From the NCBI RefSeq assembly GCF_902459465.1, contig NW_022985708.1, forward strand, positions 62,001-126,000: a DNA stretch of 64,000 nucleotides. Direction: 5' to 3'. The position numbers were made by a program, and so were the translations under genes. This DNA comes from Asterias rubens (lineage: Eukaryota). The stretch's first letter is position 1; each line of letters starts with the position of its first letter. Below, one piece after another: positions 1-12,854 of the stretch. Below the pieces are notes generated by a model. That model did no database searches. It was not told where the DNA came from and was given only the letters and a program-made list of their open reading frames with translations.

Positions 1-1
1 G

Positions 2-919
2 ATGTCAAACTCTTTGGTGGCTCTCAAGTCATGTATGCCAAGAGAATTTTCTCGCAAGCCACGCACACTTACAGAAGTTGACAGGTGGAAAGCGACGGAG
101 TTCCGGCAATTTCTTTTATACACTGGTCCTGTTATCCTTGCCCATGCTTTACCTAATCCAATGTATAAAAATTTCTTGCTGTTTTCAATGGGAATCCACA
201 TTCTGATCAGCCCATCTCTCTGTCATGCTATGTGCGATCTTGCCCACAAGCTTTTAGTTGCTTTTGTGCGGCATTTTGGCGACATGTATGGAAAGGATAA
301 ACTGGTGTACAATGTTCATGGACTGGTTCATCTTGCTAATGAGGTCAGATTGCATGGCAATTTGGACAACATATCAGCATTCCCATTCGAAAATTTCTTG
401 GGTCAGTTGAAAAAAATGGTTCGTTCTCCCAAGAACCCCCTTCAGCAGGTAATCAGAAGATTGTCGGAGAATGGTTCAATCACAACACACAAGAATAGAG
501 GCATCAACGGAGTGAAAAAACGGCATTCTGAGGGTCCTCTGCCTGTACACTTCGGGGCATGTCATCAGTACAAAGCGGCTAACCTTCCTGTTGGTTATGT
601 TTCTTCAGTGGAAGGTGATAACTGTGTGATGGTCAACCAGCAGATAAGCTTGGTTCGAAACTTGCTGGTGAAGAACAATGTTATCTACATTGCTTTTCAA
701 CCATTTCAGCAGTGTCGGGATTTCTTTTCATATCCACTGAAATCATCACATGTTGGAATATTCGAAGTGGCCATGTTGAACGATGATCTTGAGGTTGTTC
801 CGGCTCAGGCTATTTCATCTAAATATGTACTTCTTCCCAAAGTCAGTTGCAGGGTAAATGACAGACCGGGTGATGTTAATGAAATTTACATTGCTGTACC
901 ACTTCTCCATACAGTATGA
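2..919 (+). CDS. EnSpm/CACTA transposase, C-terminal part (copy A)
   Basis: Motifs RWKATEFRQFLLYTGP, YNVHGLVHL and LDNISAFPFEN; nearly identical to the C-terminal 305 aa of 47744-49960. Confidence 0.9.
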   Translation: MSNSLVALKSCMPREFSRKPRTLTEVDRWKATEFRQFLLYTGPVILAHALPNPMYKNFLLFSMGIHILISPSLCHAMCDLAHKLLVAFVRHFGDMYGKDKLVYNVHGLVHLANEVRLHGNLDNISAFPFENFLGQLKKMVRSPKNPLQQVIRRLSENGSITTHKNRGINGVKKRHSEGPLPVHFGACHQYKAANLPVGYVSSVEGDNCVMVNQQISLVRNLLVKNNVIYIAFQPFQQCRDFFSYPLKSSHVGIFEVAMLNDDLEVVPAQAISSKYVLLPKVSCRVNDRPGDVNEIYIAVPLLHTV

Positions 920-1003
920 GAAATGACTACAAAATTAGTTTGCATGTCACATATTGTATTTTTTTAAATCAATGCAACATCAGGTGTATTTAAATGAATC
1001 TTT

Positions 1004-4000
1004 ATGCAGCAACTCACCATGGATCTGAAAACATATGTGATGGTCGAGTTCAAATCCAAGGCAGAGGTCGCTGTGGTCCACAAGAACTGGATAGTTGTAG
1101 GAGACCACAATACAAAATGCAAGTGGCCCCAAGTGTCACCAAGTGCAATTCGTCTTCACCGAATGGTAGTGGGAGAGATGAAGGCAGCAGCAGAATGGGA
1201 CTGTCATGACATCGAAATCCTGTATCAGTCGGGTAAGTACATATAACTTCGGTGTTCTGTGTACATGAACACAAGAAGAGTTTTGTTGCATATGTTTCAT
1301 ATCCAGTTGTGGCATTTTTGAGAACAAATTCCATTATCCGTCTCAGGAATGATCGATATGTACGTGATGCAAATTATCTTTTCACATTTTGTGAAAAGAG
1401 AAGAACACTTTGTAAAAAACGCACTGTACATGTATATATCCACACATCTGTTTTTCTAGCAAGAAGCCATAAATATTCTGTTTATTTCGGACAGTTTCAT
1501 GTTTCTGTATGATTTAAATAGTCACACCGCTAATGTCAAAATGTAATTAAAGACTAAAAAATGAAGCTTACTGCTCTTATACATTTGTAGATTCCAGTTT
1601 ACACATTAGCTCGTTATAAAGATGGAGCCAATACAGAGTAATAACATGCCCCATACATGGTATAAATACAAAATATACTTGCATCAATGTAAAATACTAA
1701 ACTTTGTAGGTGGGGCAAATTTAATTGACAAAGCTTTCAAGAAGCAGTGTTGATACAGAATTTCCCAAAATAAGAAAGCCTTGTAAGATATGTATTTACT
1801 TTGATGTGCTTGAAACTATTAGATGACTATCTGAAGTGCAAGGAGAAGATGAAACTTCTTCTTAAGGAGGATGTGTCCATAGAATGCCTGCAGACGCCCT
1901 CTGAAGGCTCAACAGCCGAGAACATCAGGAAGAGCAAACGAAGAAGGATGTAAGTAATTAGGGAGTTTGGTAAATGGTCTCACATACATGTACCTTGACA
2001 GGCCCATCCATATCCATGTGTTTACTTCTACTTGCCTCTGCAAATAACACATTTTTCCTCCAAGTATTCCTTTGATTTTGTTAAACAAGGAATATGTAGG
2101 TGGTAACATGTAGCTCTTAAATGTTTTTCAAAAGCAGTGCATGCTGTGAGATTATCATTGTGCTTAGGTAACACAGCAAACATTCAAATAGTTCAATTGG
2201 TTTTAATTTCCAGGCAAAGCCACCGATACAGCCCATTTGAGTCGGACAGTGATGAGGACAATGGGCAAGACACACCACATCGCCCCAAAAAGGCAAGGAT
2301 ACATTTTCCACCCCTACCAAGGATCCAGTTCATCCATCCAGATGAACTGGAAAGTTGTCCACCCTCACCATCTATCATGCCACCCTCGTCCACGAGGCCA
2401 CCCTCAACAGCTGCCAGGCCACCATCATCTGGCAGACTGCCTTCATCATCTGTCAAGCCAACCTTGCCATCTGCTGGTCTGTCTGCATCTGCCAGGCCAT
2501 CTTCATCATCCACCAGGCCTCCATCTACATCTTCTAGGCAACCGACATCATCAATGAGGCCAACACCTTCCCCCAGATCACCCATAATATCACCCATGTC
2601 ATTTCCCGCTATTGAGCCATCTACCTCCCACAGCAGTTCCTCTCGCTCCTCTAGCTCCTCTAGGACATCGCTGGCCCAATTAACTCAAGAGAAGGCTGCC
2701 AGCAAGGGAGTTTCAGGTATTGAGATGAATACCCTTCAATATCACGACCTCAGGTTTAGCACTAAAAAGTTAACTTGACCTGAATTCAAACAGATCTTGA
2801 ATAATCTTTTACCAACGTTCCAGCTGGTTTCTATTGTCTTCTGCACAACAATTGCAGTTGCACATAGACTAACAGTAATTTTGGGGAAATATTAATTTCT
2901 ATCGGTAATTTTCACTCAAGTATCAGGCTTTGAAAACCTGTGATGTAAACTGGTCAGATGACCTGTACATGTATCATAAACGAATACATTTTCATTTTAT
3001 TGCAGCAACCGAGGCTAAAATCCTTGAAACACTCGAGGCAATTTTGCTTCAAGTTGAGAGGAACTCAAGGATGCTCACCATGCTTGTTTCGAACAAGGAA
3101 TCTTTGGAAGAGAGAGAGGATCTACCAGAAGAAGTCGACCTTCCCTTGCCCACGTACGACTCTGCAAAGGATTTGGATCAGCGGCTTGCCGAAAACCAGA
3201 CTCTTAAAAAATCATTGGTAGGTATATTTAATAGCACAACACAATTGTACTGCAATTTATATGACATGTTCCATAGAATATATACGGCATTTCATGTCAT
3301 TTGGTCATATGATATTTTTAATTAATGCAAATACAATATGACAACATGCACAGCGTGGGAAGCGCTCAAGTGTAAAATGTGTTTGGAAATGTTTTCACTC
3401 CTTTGCAGTTGTTCTACTGTGGCACTTCTTTCATGGTAAATTTCTACATAGAAACAATTTTACACACATCAAATTTGGCGGTGACTTATGTGACATGTCA
3501 CTGTAAACAAGTTCATTTAAACTCCTGTGTTTAAGTCAGTGTATCATATACTATTGAGGACAAACAATGCTGAGATGAAAACATCATGGTTCGCTTTCCT
3601 ATGACCGGTTTTCATAGGAAAGCGAACTATGATGTTTTCATCTCAGCATTGTTTGTCCTCAATAGCTTGAGACATAATAGGACAGCACACATGTTAGTAC
3701 TTGGCTTTGTTTAAATATAATACCACATTAATATTGACCATGAAAAGTAGAGTGTAACGCTTGAATGAATGGTGCTGATGAATTCACCCAAAGAATGTCC
3801 CTCTATAAGATATCTTCCTATGTATGTATGTTCTTGAAAATAGTAGATTCATATCATTGCCTTTTGGGGCAAAAATTGCTCAAAAAATTGTTTAATACAT
3901 GTATTTTTTATCAATTACATATTCAGTCAACCCGTGTGCTCTTGTTCTGCTTAAATGACTAACTGAAACATTAATTGTCATTTTTGTTTGGTTCAGATTA

Positions 4001-5284
4001 AGCGCCTCTCATTGATCGGCGGTGCCACCTTAGGAAAGGTGGTTCGAGGGATCATGGTTGATCTGGTGTCAACAGCCTTGGCCACACAGTGCAATTGGGT
4101 TGGGCAGAGAGGGCCAAAAAAGCCTTTTAGTGTTCTCAAGAACATTTTCTCTGTGATAATCAGTAAGTAGGATTGTTTCTGTATGTACCTTAGGAGGGAG
4201 CCTTTTCAGTTTGCCAAAATGCATCTATTAACCCTTCTATGCTTGGGGTCACCTCTGGCCCAGGCCCTGCTAATCACAACCCCTCACAGCTGTGAAGCAA
4301 TGTGAAGTGCAGAAATTTCCCTCAATAGGATTTTAGCGTGGAGTTTCTTTGTTAAGCCTGCATCCCTCAAAGGAACATACTTAATGCCTGCTGCACACGT
4401 GCAGCACGCATTGTATATGTTCCATTGAGGGATTCAGGCTTAACAAAGAATGGAATACAATACACAGTAGCTACAATGGACGAAACAAAAGTGGTAATAA
4501 TGGGGTGTTCATTGGGCAACTTCATGGCCAGCCCCTTTTGCTGCCCTTCACAAACACCCATGCAGCTTTAAGGAGCAGGGTGGCTTTGCCCACAGGTTGT
4601 GTGTGAGGCATTAGCATGCATATACCAAAGCATCCAGAGGGAGAGTTAATGCACTTGTAAACAGTTGGATTTCAGCCATTTACCAAGCAAAAGAACAGAT
4701 TCTTTCAAGTCATTTTGGTTTTGTTCTCATTTAAGTTACATGTATGAGATGATTTTTATGTTGAGCTCATGCATGCATGTACCAACTCGCTGCTAACTCT
4801 GATGTTGCTGCGTGAATTGCACTGAAACTGAAATATACAAATTTCTTTGAATTAGTCAGAGAGAAGCATGAAGGTATATATACCTAACAATGTTTTGTTA
4901 ACAAATATGAAACATACATTATAAGAAAACAAAAATATTGAACAAGTTTGTGGAGAATTTTCCAAGAAGCCTAGCTGTGTAAACGTTTGTAAGTCCCACA
5001 GGCAAAAGTGGCAATCCGACAGGGTGAACAACCCCAATTACCATTTTTGTAGGCTACTGTATTTATCTAATATTTTTACTTTTTCACCAGAATCAGTGCG
5101 ACGAAACGGGGGGCATGAAAATGCCAGCCAAGAGGCAGTGCGGGATGCAGTGTCCAACCATCTCCGCTACAGCTTTGATTTGGATGGACGTGGGTCCATC
5201 CGCAAGAAAAAATTCAAGGATGGAAGAACCACGGAGACCACTGCAGACCCTTCAAGTGAGCCGGACAGTGACACTGAGACATGA
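1004..5284 (+). CDS. Six-exon accessory gene of the EnSpm element (DUF4806/BEN-like C-terminus), copy A
   Basis: Exons 1004-1232, 1823-1949, 2214-2716, 3006-3217, 3997-4162 and 5091-5284 have GT-AG ends and compatible phases, giving ~476 aa. N-terminal YVMVEF..VAVVHKNWI..KWP, Pro/Ser linker, C-terminal RLSLIGG..IM..L..NWVG..K..F..LRYSFDLDGR. Confidence 0.78.
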
Positions 5285-6574
5285 AGGAGGTGTGAAGGAT
5301 ATATTGGACAATTTTGGCTGTTTTTGCACTTTTAGGAAAAGCCATTCTTTTTCGTTTTTGCTTTTCTTTTGACTTGTAAAAAGGGCTTTGTGGTTTGCAG
5401 ATGAGTGTCCCTAGTCGACTGGGGCAATTTACATTCAACCAGTCCCAAGCAATCTCCCTGAAGACCAGAATCCAATGTGTGTTATTGATTTACTGAAATT
5501 GTTCTTTGTTTCTTTATTTTATGAGAACAACCATTATGTAACATTTGACCATTTTCTGGGTTTTTTTTTATGTTGCCTCCGAATTGCTTATCAAAGTTGC
5601 CCTGTTGACATAGGCCTTTTGGGACCTAATTGTATAATAAAGAAAAAAAGGAGTGGAGAACAAAATGTAGAATTACAGTTAATTGTTAAAAGAATGTTTG
5701 ACTCTTAAGTGACTAAGAATAGGAACACAAATTATTGTTGTCATTTCAATCACTTCATTACCTTCTCCATTTCAGAGACATTGGAGAATGAATAAGTGTA
5801 TATTAAGTTGCATTTATCGTTTGTTAAACTCATACATGTACACTGCTTTTTCTTTTCTGCACTTTCCAGACGTCAATTTTGTTAACAGATATGACTGCTT
5901 GCTGATGTACAGAGTATGTTAAACCATCAAAACTGTTTGATTAGAACAACTGAAAACACTTCATGAATGGATTATATTTGTGGAAGAAATAGGAATTCGG
6001 GCTACGCATTCAGACTTCCCTCTATGATTTGTTTTGCCCTTTAATAAACAATTGAACCTATATAGGTGGCCATGTTTGTGACAATCAGTTGTCCACGCGT
6101 CTCTCCATATATGCACTGAGTATATACAATGAGTTCGCCAACTATCAAGCAGCCAGTGTCTTGCCTAGACTTGTTTTAACTCATACTGGGGTAATGCTGT
6201 TACATGTTTGAAATGAAACTAGGCCACTACGTTTGAAATTTTCAACGTTTCACTGTTTATATCGTGCCTGCAAAATTTCTATTTCATTGTACATGTACAT
6301 GCGTTTTTAAGAATAAAGTGATATTTGTCAGTATCGCAGTCATTTGTCACTTTCGTTGTTATGCTGTCGGATGAGTTAAAGCTCATTCCAAGTTTGTGGA
6401 AGTCACTTTATTAGTCATTTGTCTATTCATATGCCATGAAGCCTAAAATGGTCTGTTGGAAAGTTGCTGGAAATTTGTTGGAAGTGGGTGGAATCTGGTT
6501 GGATTAACATTGGAAACTTGTGGGATTTGTTGGGAATAATGACAAGTTTGGTTGGATATTGTGGGAATAACGTA

Positions 6575-6736
6575 AATCCAACGTTGGAGCAACGTTGGAT
6601 CCAGCGTCGCTGCAACGTTGTCTCAACATGCAAAATAACGTTGGTGCAACGTTGCCGGACAACGCTGGTCCAACGTTGTCATCCGTATTTGACAACGTTG
6701 GTGCAACGTTGGACCAACGTTGGCTTGCTACCTGGG
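6575..6736. repeat. Right TIR and subterminal palindromic CAACGTTG repeats of copy A
   Basis: Dense CAACGTTG/AACGTTGG motifs ending in the 33-bp TIR. Confidence 0.9.
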
Positions 6737-7203
6737 ATTAAATGGGAATTGAAGAGGCTATCTCGTCAAGCATCTGACGTGCGTGCGCCGCCAGCTTGCA
6801 GTGGTTTCGCTATCAGCAAAATCAAATTCCATGCAATTAACAGTGTGACGAGACAGCCCAGTTAATAGTTATTTCAAAATTAAACATTTGGTGGTTTAAC
6901 ATGTTTTGTGGGTGTTTACTGCGAATTTGCAGTATTTTTGCTGTTTTAAAAACAGTTACAGGGTATGAGCATAAAATAAAACCACCAGCCACACAACACA
7001 AACTTCTTGACAATTAAGGGGTTTAACTTGTCTGACTGTTGGCGAATTATTAAATGTTTTCAACTTTATTTACAGGCAGATTCATGTATTTGATTTTGTC
7101 AGACCCATGTCATCTCAAAAGGAAATCTAGAACGGAGTAACAAAACCGATGAAAAGAAAAGTGGTTTTTATTACTCAATATTCATAGTTGATTTTTCTCA
7201 TAT

Positions 7204-7395
7204 GGGCGCAATTTCGTAAAGCCTATAAGCACATAATCTTGATAAGCACAGAACAATCTTGTTTAGCAGAAACAGGTAACCAGCCAAAATTCCTCAATGC
7301 TTACATTGTTGTGACTGGTCCCCACTCAACTTTTGCTTAGTAGAGAAATTTGCTAAGCAGTATTTTCTGCTAAACAGCTTTATGAAAATGGGCCC
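7204..7395. mobile_element. MITE with GGGC(G/C)CAATTTC(G/A)TAAAGC-type TIRs
   Basis: GGGCGCAATTTCGTAAAGC at 7204 and GCTTTATGAAAATGGGCCC ending at 7395; no clear TSD. Confidence 0.6.
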
Positions 7396-7499
7396 TGCAT
7401 GGTGGGAGGTGGCAGGTTGGAGGAGACTTCCCCTTCAGTTAAACAACTGACGGCATGCCTCAGATTTTAATCTGTGTCCTGTACTTTTGCAAGGTGTTT

Positions 7500-8445
7500 A
7501 TCAGCAAAGCGAAAGCACTATCATTATACCCGTGCTTTTAAATACATTGACATGTCTATTTTTATGTTACACTTACAATTGAAAAACATGTCGGTGGACT
7601 GTGTTTAAAAATGTTAGAGGCCCATAAATACGTCAAAGTGTTTATAAGAAAAGTACATGAACAAGATTTAAACATGCATGTGAACAACAATTTTTTAAAC
7701 ACATTGTTTATAATTGTTTAGTTTTCTTGTTTTAGAGCTAACACGTCAAAGTGTTTATATGTACACATTGTTTATACGTATGAGGGTGAAATCTTTGTAA
7801 AAACACATAGACGTGTTTATAATTTTTGTTATTGTTTAGAGCTAAACACGTACACAATTTAAAAACACGTCTGAGTGTTTAGAAATTGTTCCAGGCATGT
7901 AACCACGTCAAGTGTATACAAATAAACATCTAAACATTTTGTATACGTATAAGTGTGAACAATCTTTAAAAACACATAGACGTGTTTATAATTGTTGTAC
8001 TGATTAGAGCTAAACACATGCACAATTTAAAACACGTCGGTGTGTTTAAAAATCGTTACAGGTCTGTAAACACGTCAAAGTGTTTATTTAATAAACATTA
8101 AACATTTTGATAAACAGTGTTATGTTTAGGTATTAAACATGTTGTGGTGTTTAACAACAAATAATAAATATGTTTAAGTGTTTAATATTGTTAAACATTT
8201 AGATGTTTAATCGAATAAACGTGTTTGCGTTCTGAAATTAAGCGTGTGTTGCTGTGTTCAGTTATTAAACGTGTACATGTTTAACACATAAACATTACTG
8301 TGTTTACAATCAACGTTTAAGTCCCAGTATTAAACATGTTTAGAGTCTAAACACAGTTTATAAGTAAATGCGTCAAAACGTTTATAAATCGTTACAATTT
8401 GGCGTTTATGAAGCGTTTAGATATTAAACGTTTGGTTTTACAGTG
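7500..8445. repeat. AT-rich degenerate ~165-bp tandem repeats ending in a CACTG-type transposon terminus (probable non-autonomous EnSpm end)
   Basis: Recurrent ACACGTCAAAGTGTTTA (~7741, 7905, 8069) and TTAGAGCTAAACAC motifs. Ends TTTTACAGTG at 8436-8445, followed by TA. The partner end was not found. Confidence 0.55.
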
Positions 8446-8584
8446 TACGTCTTCAGTTCTCTTCTTATAGTGCCGTCTCTATTAAACACTCGAGTTTGTT
8501 GTGACGAAGATGTAGAGCGTCAAAGTCTTTTTGTGTGATCTGTCCTGTGTAAATAAAAATAAAGATTCATAAGTTATTTGTTCT

Positions 8585-8830
8585 TTAAATAACAACAATT
8601 GTTGTTTTCCGTTTACACTTTTTATATATATTGTGACAAATGTTGGTGTACATACCGTCTATTTGGTCCTGAAGATTGCTAGTAATCCTGTTGACATGCC
8701 TTCTTCCAAATATCACTATTGCAACAAATATGATTAGTGATATCCCGCCAGTAATTGTTTGCGTCAATGATGTTTCTACAAACGGAGCAAGGCTGTCTGT
8801 GATGCTGTTAGTCTCATTTGTAATTGTTGA
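8585..8830 (-). pseudogene. Small single-TM ORF, paralog a (no in-frame ATG seen)
   Basis: Reads ..TNETNSITDSLAPFVETSLTQTITGGISLIIFVAIVIFGRRHVNRITSNLQDQIDGMY. Minus-strand TATAAAA at 8858-8864. Confidence 0.6.
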
Positions 8831-9095
8831 GTGCGAACGTTTGAAAGTTGTTCTCTCTTTTATAGCTCCGCGTGTGTTATGATTTTGTTATTGTATGGCG
8901 TTTTAAAACTCAAAAAATTCTAACGTACGCGCAATTCTCTCCTGTACGCGCGCTTCACCTTAATACGCGCGCGCTTTAACCCGCCGCTAATTCCAAGTTT
9001 TTTAAATCCGAGTGGGTGCTTTCTTATATATTAAGAAGTTGTGACCGTCGCCGTTGGGACAAAGGCCAGGTTGTTATCTTCTTAATATATTATAA

Positions 9096-9183
9096 GAAAG
9101 GACCACCGCTGCCGTTGGTTTTGGGAGTGGCGTACGCCACCCCACGTACGTGGGCCAAAACCAACGGCAGCGGTGGTCCTTTC
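9096..9183. repeat. T-shaped parvovirus-like terminal hairpin 1
   Basis: Perfect 29-bp stem (9096-9124/9155-9183) enclosing GA, arm GTGGCGTACGCCAC (9127-9140) and arm CCCACGTACGTGGG (9141-9154). Confidence 0.9.
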
Positions 9184-9547
9184 AAACTATTGCGTTGGAA
9201 TGATCAACAGGTTCATTATGTTTTAGAGTATCTGAACTAGTTTTAGGTCCAACAAATTTACTCATAGGCATATGTAATTTATCAGTTAAGAATTCTCTTG
9301 GTTCTTGTTTACTGTTATGACCAAAACTAATATCTTTATCTACTTTAAACCATTTATCTTTAGTAATGGCTTGTGGATTAGTATCAGCAGTCCTTTTATT
9401 AGCCCTTCGAGTAATTTTCTTGTCCCAATTTGGAAAAAATTTTCTATGTTCATTTGTCCAAGTATCCATGCGCTGTTTATTTTCTTCAATCTGTTTCTGT
9501 TTTTTAGTTCTAGTTGCGCAAAGTGTTGGTTGTGTACATCTATCCAT
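9182..9547 (-). CDS. Unassigned 121-aa basic ORF within the viral concatemer
   Basis: ATG-initiated ORF running into hairpin 1; no recognisable motif. Confidence 0.25.
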   Translation of the reverse strand: MDRCTQPTLCATRTKKQKQIEENKQRMDTWTNEHRKFFPNWDKKITRRANKRTADTNPQAITKDKWFKVDKDISFGHNSKQEPREFLTDKLHMPMSKFVGPKTSSDTLKHNEPVDHSNAIV

Positions 9548-10631
9548 TGTTGCTTATCTGCTTCTTTGGCATCTTCCTACAAATCAGAAATTTTCTGATT
9601 ATTGTCTTTAAGTACTTGTGCTTGATCTAATTGCATTGCTTTAATTTGTAATAGTACATCAAATAGTTCTAAAACTATGTAAAAATTCTTCATTCAATTT
9701 TTTTACTACGTTCTTGATAGGCTGTTAATCCCATAGTAGTAAAGAAATCGTCCCAAAAGTTTTTTTTCTGTGTGACAAGTAGAATAATTCACATCCGGGT
9801 ACTTTGCATTTATTCATAGTCACCTTTTTAAATACACCGGTTAGCGCGCCCTCATCGGCCGCAAGACGTCAGAGGGCCACTCTTTCCTTTGACGTCGGAG
9901 ACTGAACATCACATTATTTTCTCCGTCTTTAATTCAGGTAATTACCATTCTATTTTCCATCCATTCTCCCCTAGATTTCATTTAAATTCCTCTTGTATAA
10001 ATTATTCGTAGAGTTTAGGCTATTTTATGACATGTTTCTTTATGACAAGAGAACGGTTTTCTAGAGTTAATTTACTTAGTGTTTAGTCGGGAAAGGAAAC
10101 TCCCCTTATAGATATATTTCTTTTTGATTTGAATTTTCTCAAGTCTCCTCTCTTAGATTTTGTTTCTAGTTTTGCATTACTAGAGATCTAAAGTAATGCC
10201 GTACTTGTTTTCCGATTTAATGATGTAAATATTGCTGATTTTGCGGAGTTATCCTCTAATTTTGGTACAATTCCAAGATGGTGGACGTCATTAAACTTTT
10301 GGCGGGAACTTTAATTATATTATTTAGTTTGCCGTTATTTATGCTTTTCTGTTTGCCATCCATTTCCAATCTTTGGCAAATCGTTTATTATAGATAGTCT
10401 TTATCCAAGTTCACGGATTATTTCATTGATTTGTTTATTCTAAAATACATAATTTCTAGGCTGGAAAACAGCAACACTCTCGCGTCTGTTAAGGATTTCC
10501 TAATTAATTGTAAATAGTATTTGTGACTGTAAGTTTTATTCTAAATGTTTTATTTAAAGTATGTTTATTTAATTACACTCTTTCCTTTGACGTCGGAGAC
10601 TTAACACCACATTATTTTCTCCTTCTTCAAT

Positions 10632-11183
10632 TCAGATATAAATAAAAGTATGGAACAGCGAAGATTGTGTCCCGCAGGATCCTTTATTTAAGCCGATCAC
10701 ATCTGTTTTTGTTAGATCACATTTAGATTGGAAATCAAATGACATTCTATACATATCATATGCTTCTACTTTATGATTAGATTGACTATAAATGTTAATA
10801 TTATGTTTGACTCTTTTTGCTTCTAGTTCTTCAATTGCAGTACCTTGTGCAGTTAACGATGCCAATGTAAATTTATCTTTGTCTAGAAAGCATTGATGTT
10901 TTTTCCTATCTAAATCATAAATTAAAATATGTTTTGTGACTTGTAACATAGCAAAAAATGCAAGTCTACTATTGCAGTCATCGTAACAATCGTTCAGCGT
11001 TAGAAAATCTTTATAATCTTCCCAGTTGTTATAATCGGCAAATTCTTCTTTAGCTTGTATAACCAACGGCGAGAAATCAATATTTAGTTGTCTTTGATTT
11101 CTGACTAACGCTGTTCCGATTTTTCCAAATTCTTTCGCCCACGGTTCCACATCTTCTTCCGTTTTGATAGATCTTTTTGTCAT
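10632..11183 (-). CDS. ORF X (183 aa), unknown protein occupying the NS1 position in unit 2
   Basis: ATG lies ~20 nt after an AAGGTA motif, as do the NS1 ATGs at 12854 and ~13270. No HUH or helicase motifs. Confidence 0.5.
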   Translation of the reverse strand: MTKRSIKTEEDVEPWAKEFGKIGTALVRNQRQLNIDFSPLVIQAKEEFADYNNWEDYKDFLTLNDCYDDCNSRLAFFAMLQVTKHILIYDLDRKKHQCFLDKDKFTLASLTAQGTAIEELEAKRVKHNINIYSQSNHKVEAYDMYRMSFDFQSKCDLTKTDVIGLNKGSCGTQSSLFHTFIYI

Positions 11184-11358
11184 AGTGTTGCCGTACCTTT
11201 AATATATTTTCCTGGTTCTTCTTATAGATTCTTCTTTTTTTATACTTCCGTTCCTTCCAAATTCTCTGATACGTTTTCTTGTACGTCTTTGGCACTTTGT
11301 TCTTTTGATTTCTGTCCTGTTAATAACAATATTGAATACTAAATTTTGTGTAATTCTT

Positions 11359-11577
11359 TTAAAAATTGTGATTTTGTTTATAGTTAATTATAAAATGTTT
11401 GTACTCGCCGTCAATCTGGTCCGAAAATTTGCGTATAACGTTATTCAGTTGTCTGCGTCCAAAAATTGTTATCGCTATCAGTATTACTAATGCAAATCCA
11501 CCGGTAATAGATTGCGATAACGAAAATGACGACTCCAGAGCTGATTGGTTTAATGTCAGTCCAGTTGTATTGTTCAT
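11359..11577 (-). CDS. Small single-TM protein, paralog b (intact, 72 aa)
   Basis: MNNTT..NQS N-glycosylation sequons, TM segment GGFALVILIAITIFG, then RRQ..FSDQIDGEY. Minus-strand TATAAAA ~35 nt upstream (~11612-11618). Confidence 0.65.
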   Translation of the reverse strand: MNNTTGLTLNQSALESSFSLSQSITGGFALVILIAITIFGRRQLNNVIRKFSDQIDGEYKHFIINYKQNHNF

Positions 11578-11811
11578 GTCGATATGAGCGTATTTTATTT
11601 GAATCGTGTCTTTTATACTTTTGCTTGTTATTTGTTTTATTCTATTACGCGCTATATTAGAGCGTTCCGAACCCGTAGGGGAGAGGAAAAAAAAAAATCA
11701 CGTCCTATTAATAAAAAAAACAACCGTCGCCGTCTAAATTTCCTTCTTCTTTAAAAAAAACTTCCCACCGTTGCCGTCGCTAAAATCTCAGGTTGCTATC
11801 TTCTCATTACA

Positions 11812-11934
11812 TATAAAAGCTCACCGTTGCTGTTAGTTTGTACACGAGGTATAGGATATCACACGTATGTTTGTGTCGTACGCCACATACCCTATACCTC
11901 GTGTACAAACCAACAGCAACGGTGAGCTTTTATA
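11812..11934. repeat. T-shaped hairpin 2a (long stem, degenerate arms)
   Basis: ~48-bp stem TATAAAAGCTCACCGTTGCTGTT..GAGGTATAGG paired with its reverse complement (two mismatches); encloses CACACGTATGTTT and GTGTCGTACGCCAC. Confidence 0.8.
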
Positions 11935-11940
11935 CGATAC

Positions 11941-11991
11941 TTGGTTGTGGCCCACGTACGTGGGGGTGGCATACGCCACTACCACAACCAA
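11941..11991. repeat. T-shaped hairpin 2b (left stem truncated)
   Basis: TTGGTTGTGG-CCCACGTACGTGGG-G-GTGGCATACGCCAC-TA-CCACAACCAA. Confidence 0.8.
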
Positions 11992-12077
11992 CGGCAACCT
12001 TTGCACAGCAACGGCGGTGAAATATTCTTAATATATAGAATATAAAAACACGCGCGAAGCTATAATACCTAACCAAA

Positions 12078-12854
12078 CTAACTATTCCTACACGATCCAA
12101 CGACGGCCCACCATAGTATCAAATGTAAGTGTAAGTCTTCTTTGTTGTCTGCTTTTGAGCATGCAGATGGTTCCATATTTACTACACTACTGTACCCTGA
12201 CGTGTCTTCTCTTCTCTTCTTAGTTGCTTGACATACATTTACTGGCCCTTTACCTACAATATTATCAATTCTGCCTGTGTCGAATTCTGGGTCTCCGAAA
12301 CTATCTATGACCAATTCCCAATCTATAGTCGGAACATGTAATGTACAAATATAGCCTATGCTATCTTCTAATCCACTGAGATACTCCCTTGTTGTTCGGA
12401 TTACATCCCCAATACTCTTATCCTCTGATCCTCTACTTATTACCATACCAGTAAATGAATGTTGTGCACATAGTTCTTTTTTGGTTTGATACTCTCTTCC
12501 GAATCTTTCACCACTATAAATTTCCGCCATCTTCAGGCTTCTACTCTCGTATTCAGACAAATACGAAGCCATCCGATCCGAAAACTCATATGGTCCTTCA
12601 TACATTGGCCAATCGCTAACCGATGCCGTTTTACTGACTGTGAATGATGTGTCCCTCTTTACGTTTTCTATCCCTCTGAAGTTGCATCTACTTATTACTG
12701 GCGTTACGCCTTCTATGACCTTTCTTGATAATGATCTACCCTTTAAGTTTGTGGCACTATTCTTATACCATCTACCAGCGATATTCGCCGCTAATACATA
12801 TTTCTTCAAAGTATGTAAATTATCATGACTTGTGTTCCGGAATCCGGTCGCCAT
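12078..12854 (-). pseudogene. NS1: Parvoviral NS1 N-terminal fragment (truncated just after the HUH motif)
   Basis: MATGFRN... to EDLHLHLILW. Colinear with the N-terminal region reconstructed at 16136-16680 (SVSDWP.Y.GP.EFSDRMASYL.EYESR; IDSFGDPEFD.GRI), but a divergent variant. Confidence 0.8.

Larger units (their letters stand above)
1..6736 (+). mobile_element. EnSpm/CACTA (CMC superfamily) DNA transposon, copy A; 5' part lies outside the window
   Basis: Matches 49042-55777 with only about ten SNPs or 1-bp indels seen by eye. Ends in the same terminus (...TTGGCTTGCTACCTGGG at 6736) and is followed by AT. Confidence 0.92.

Noticed and set aside
2193-2597. Antisense and alternate-frame ORFs over the Pro/Ser exon (also 51233-51637)
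   Set aside because: Shadow frames of low-complexity coding sequence.
1-6736. Assembly duplication artefact
   Set aside because: Both copies end exactly at the TIR, have different flanks and carry scattered differences. It is not fully excluded without reads.
6427-6865. ORFs over the EnSpm right end (also 46217-46511 and 55468-55871)
   Set aside because: They arise from CAACGTTG subterminal repeats and read across the element boundary.
9182-11300. Parvoviral capsid (VP) gene
   Set aside because: No PLA2 motif, glycine-rich stretch or long ORF was seen; left unassigned.
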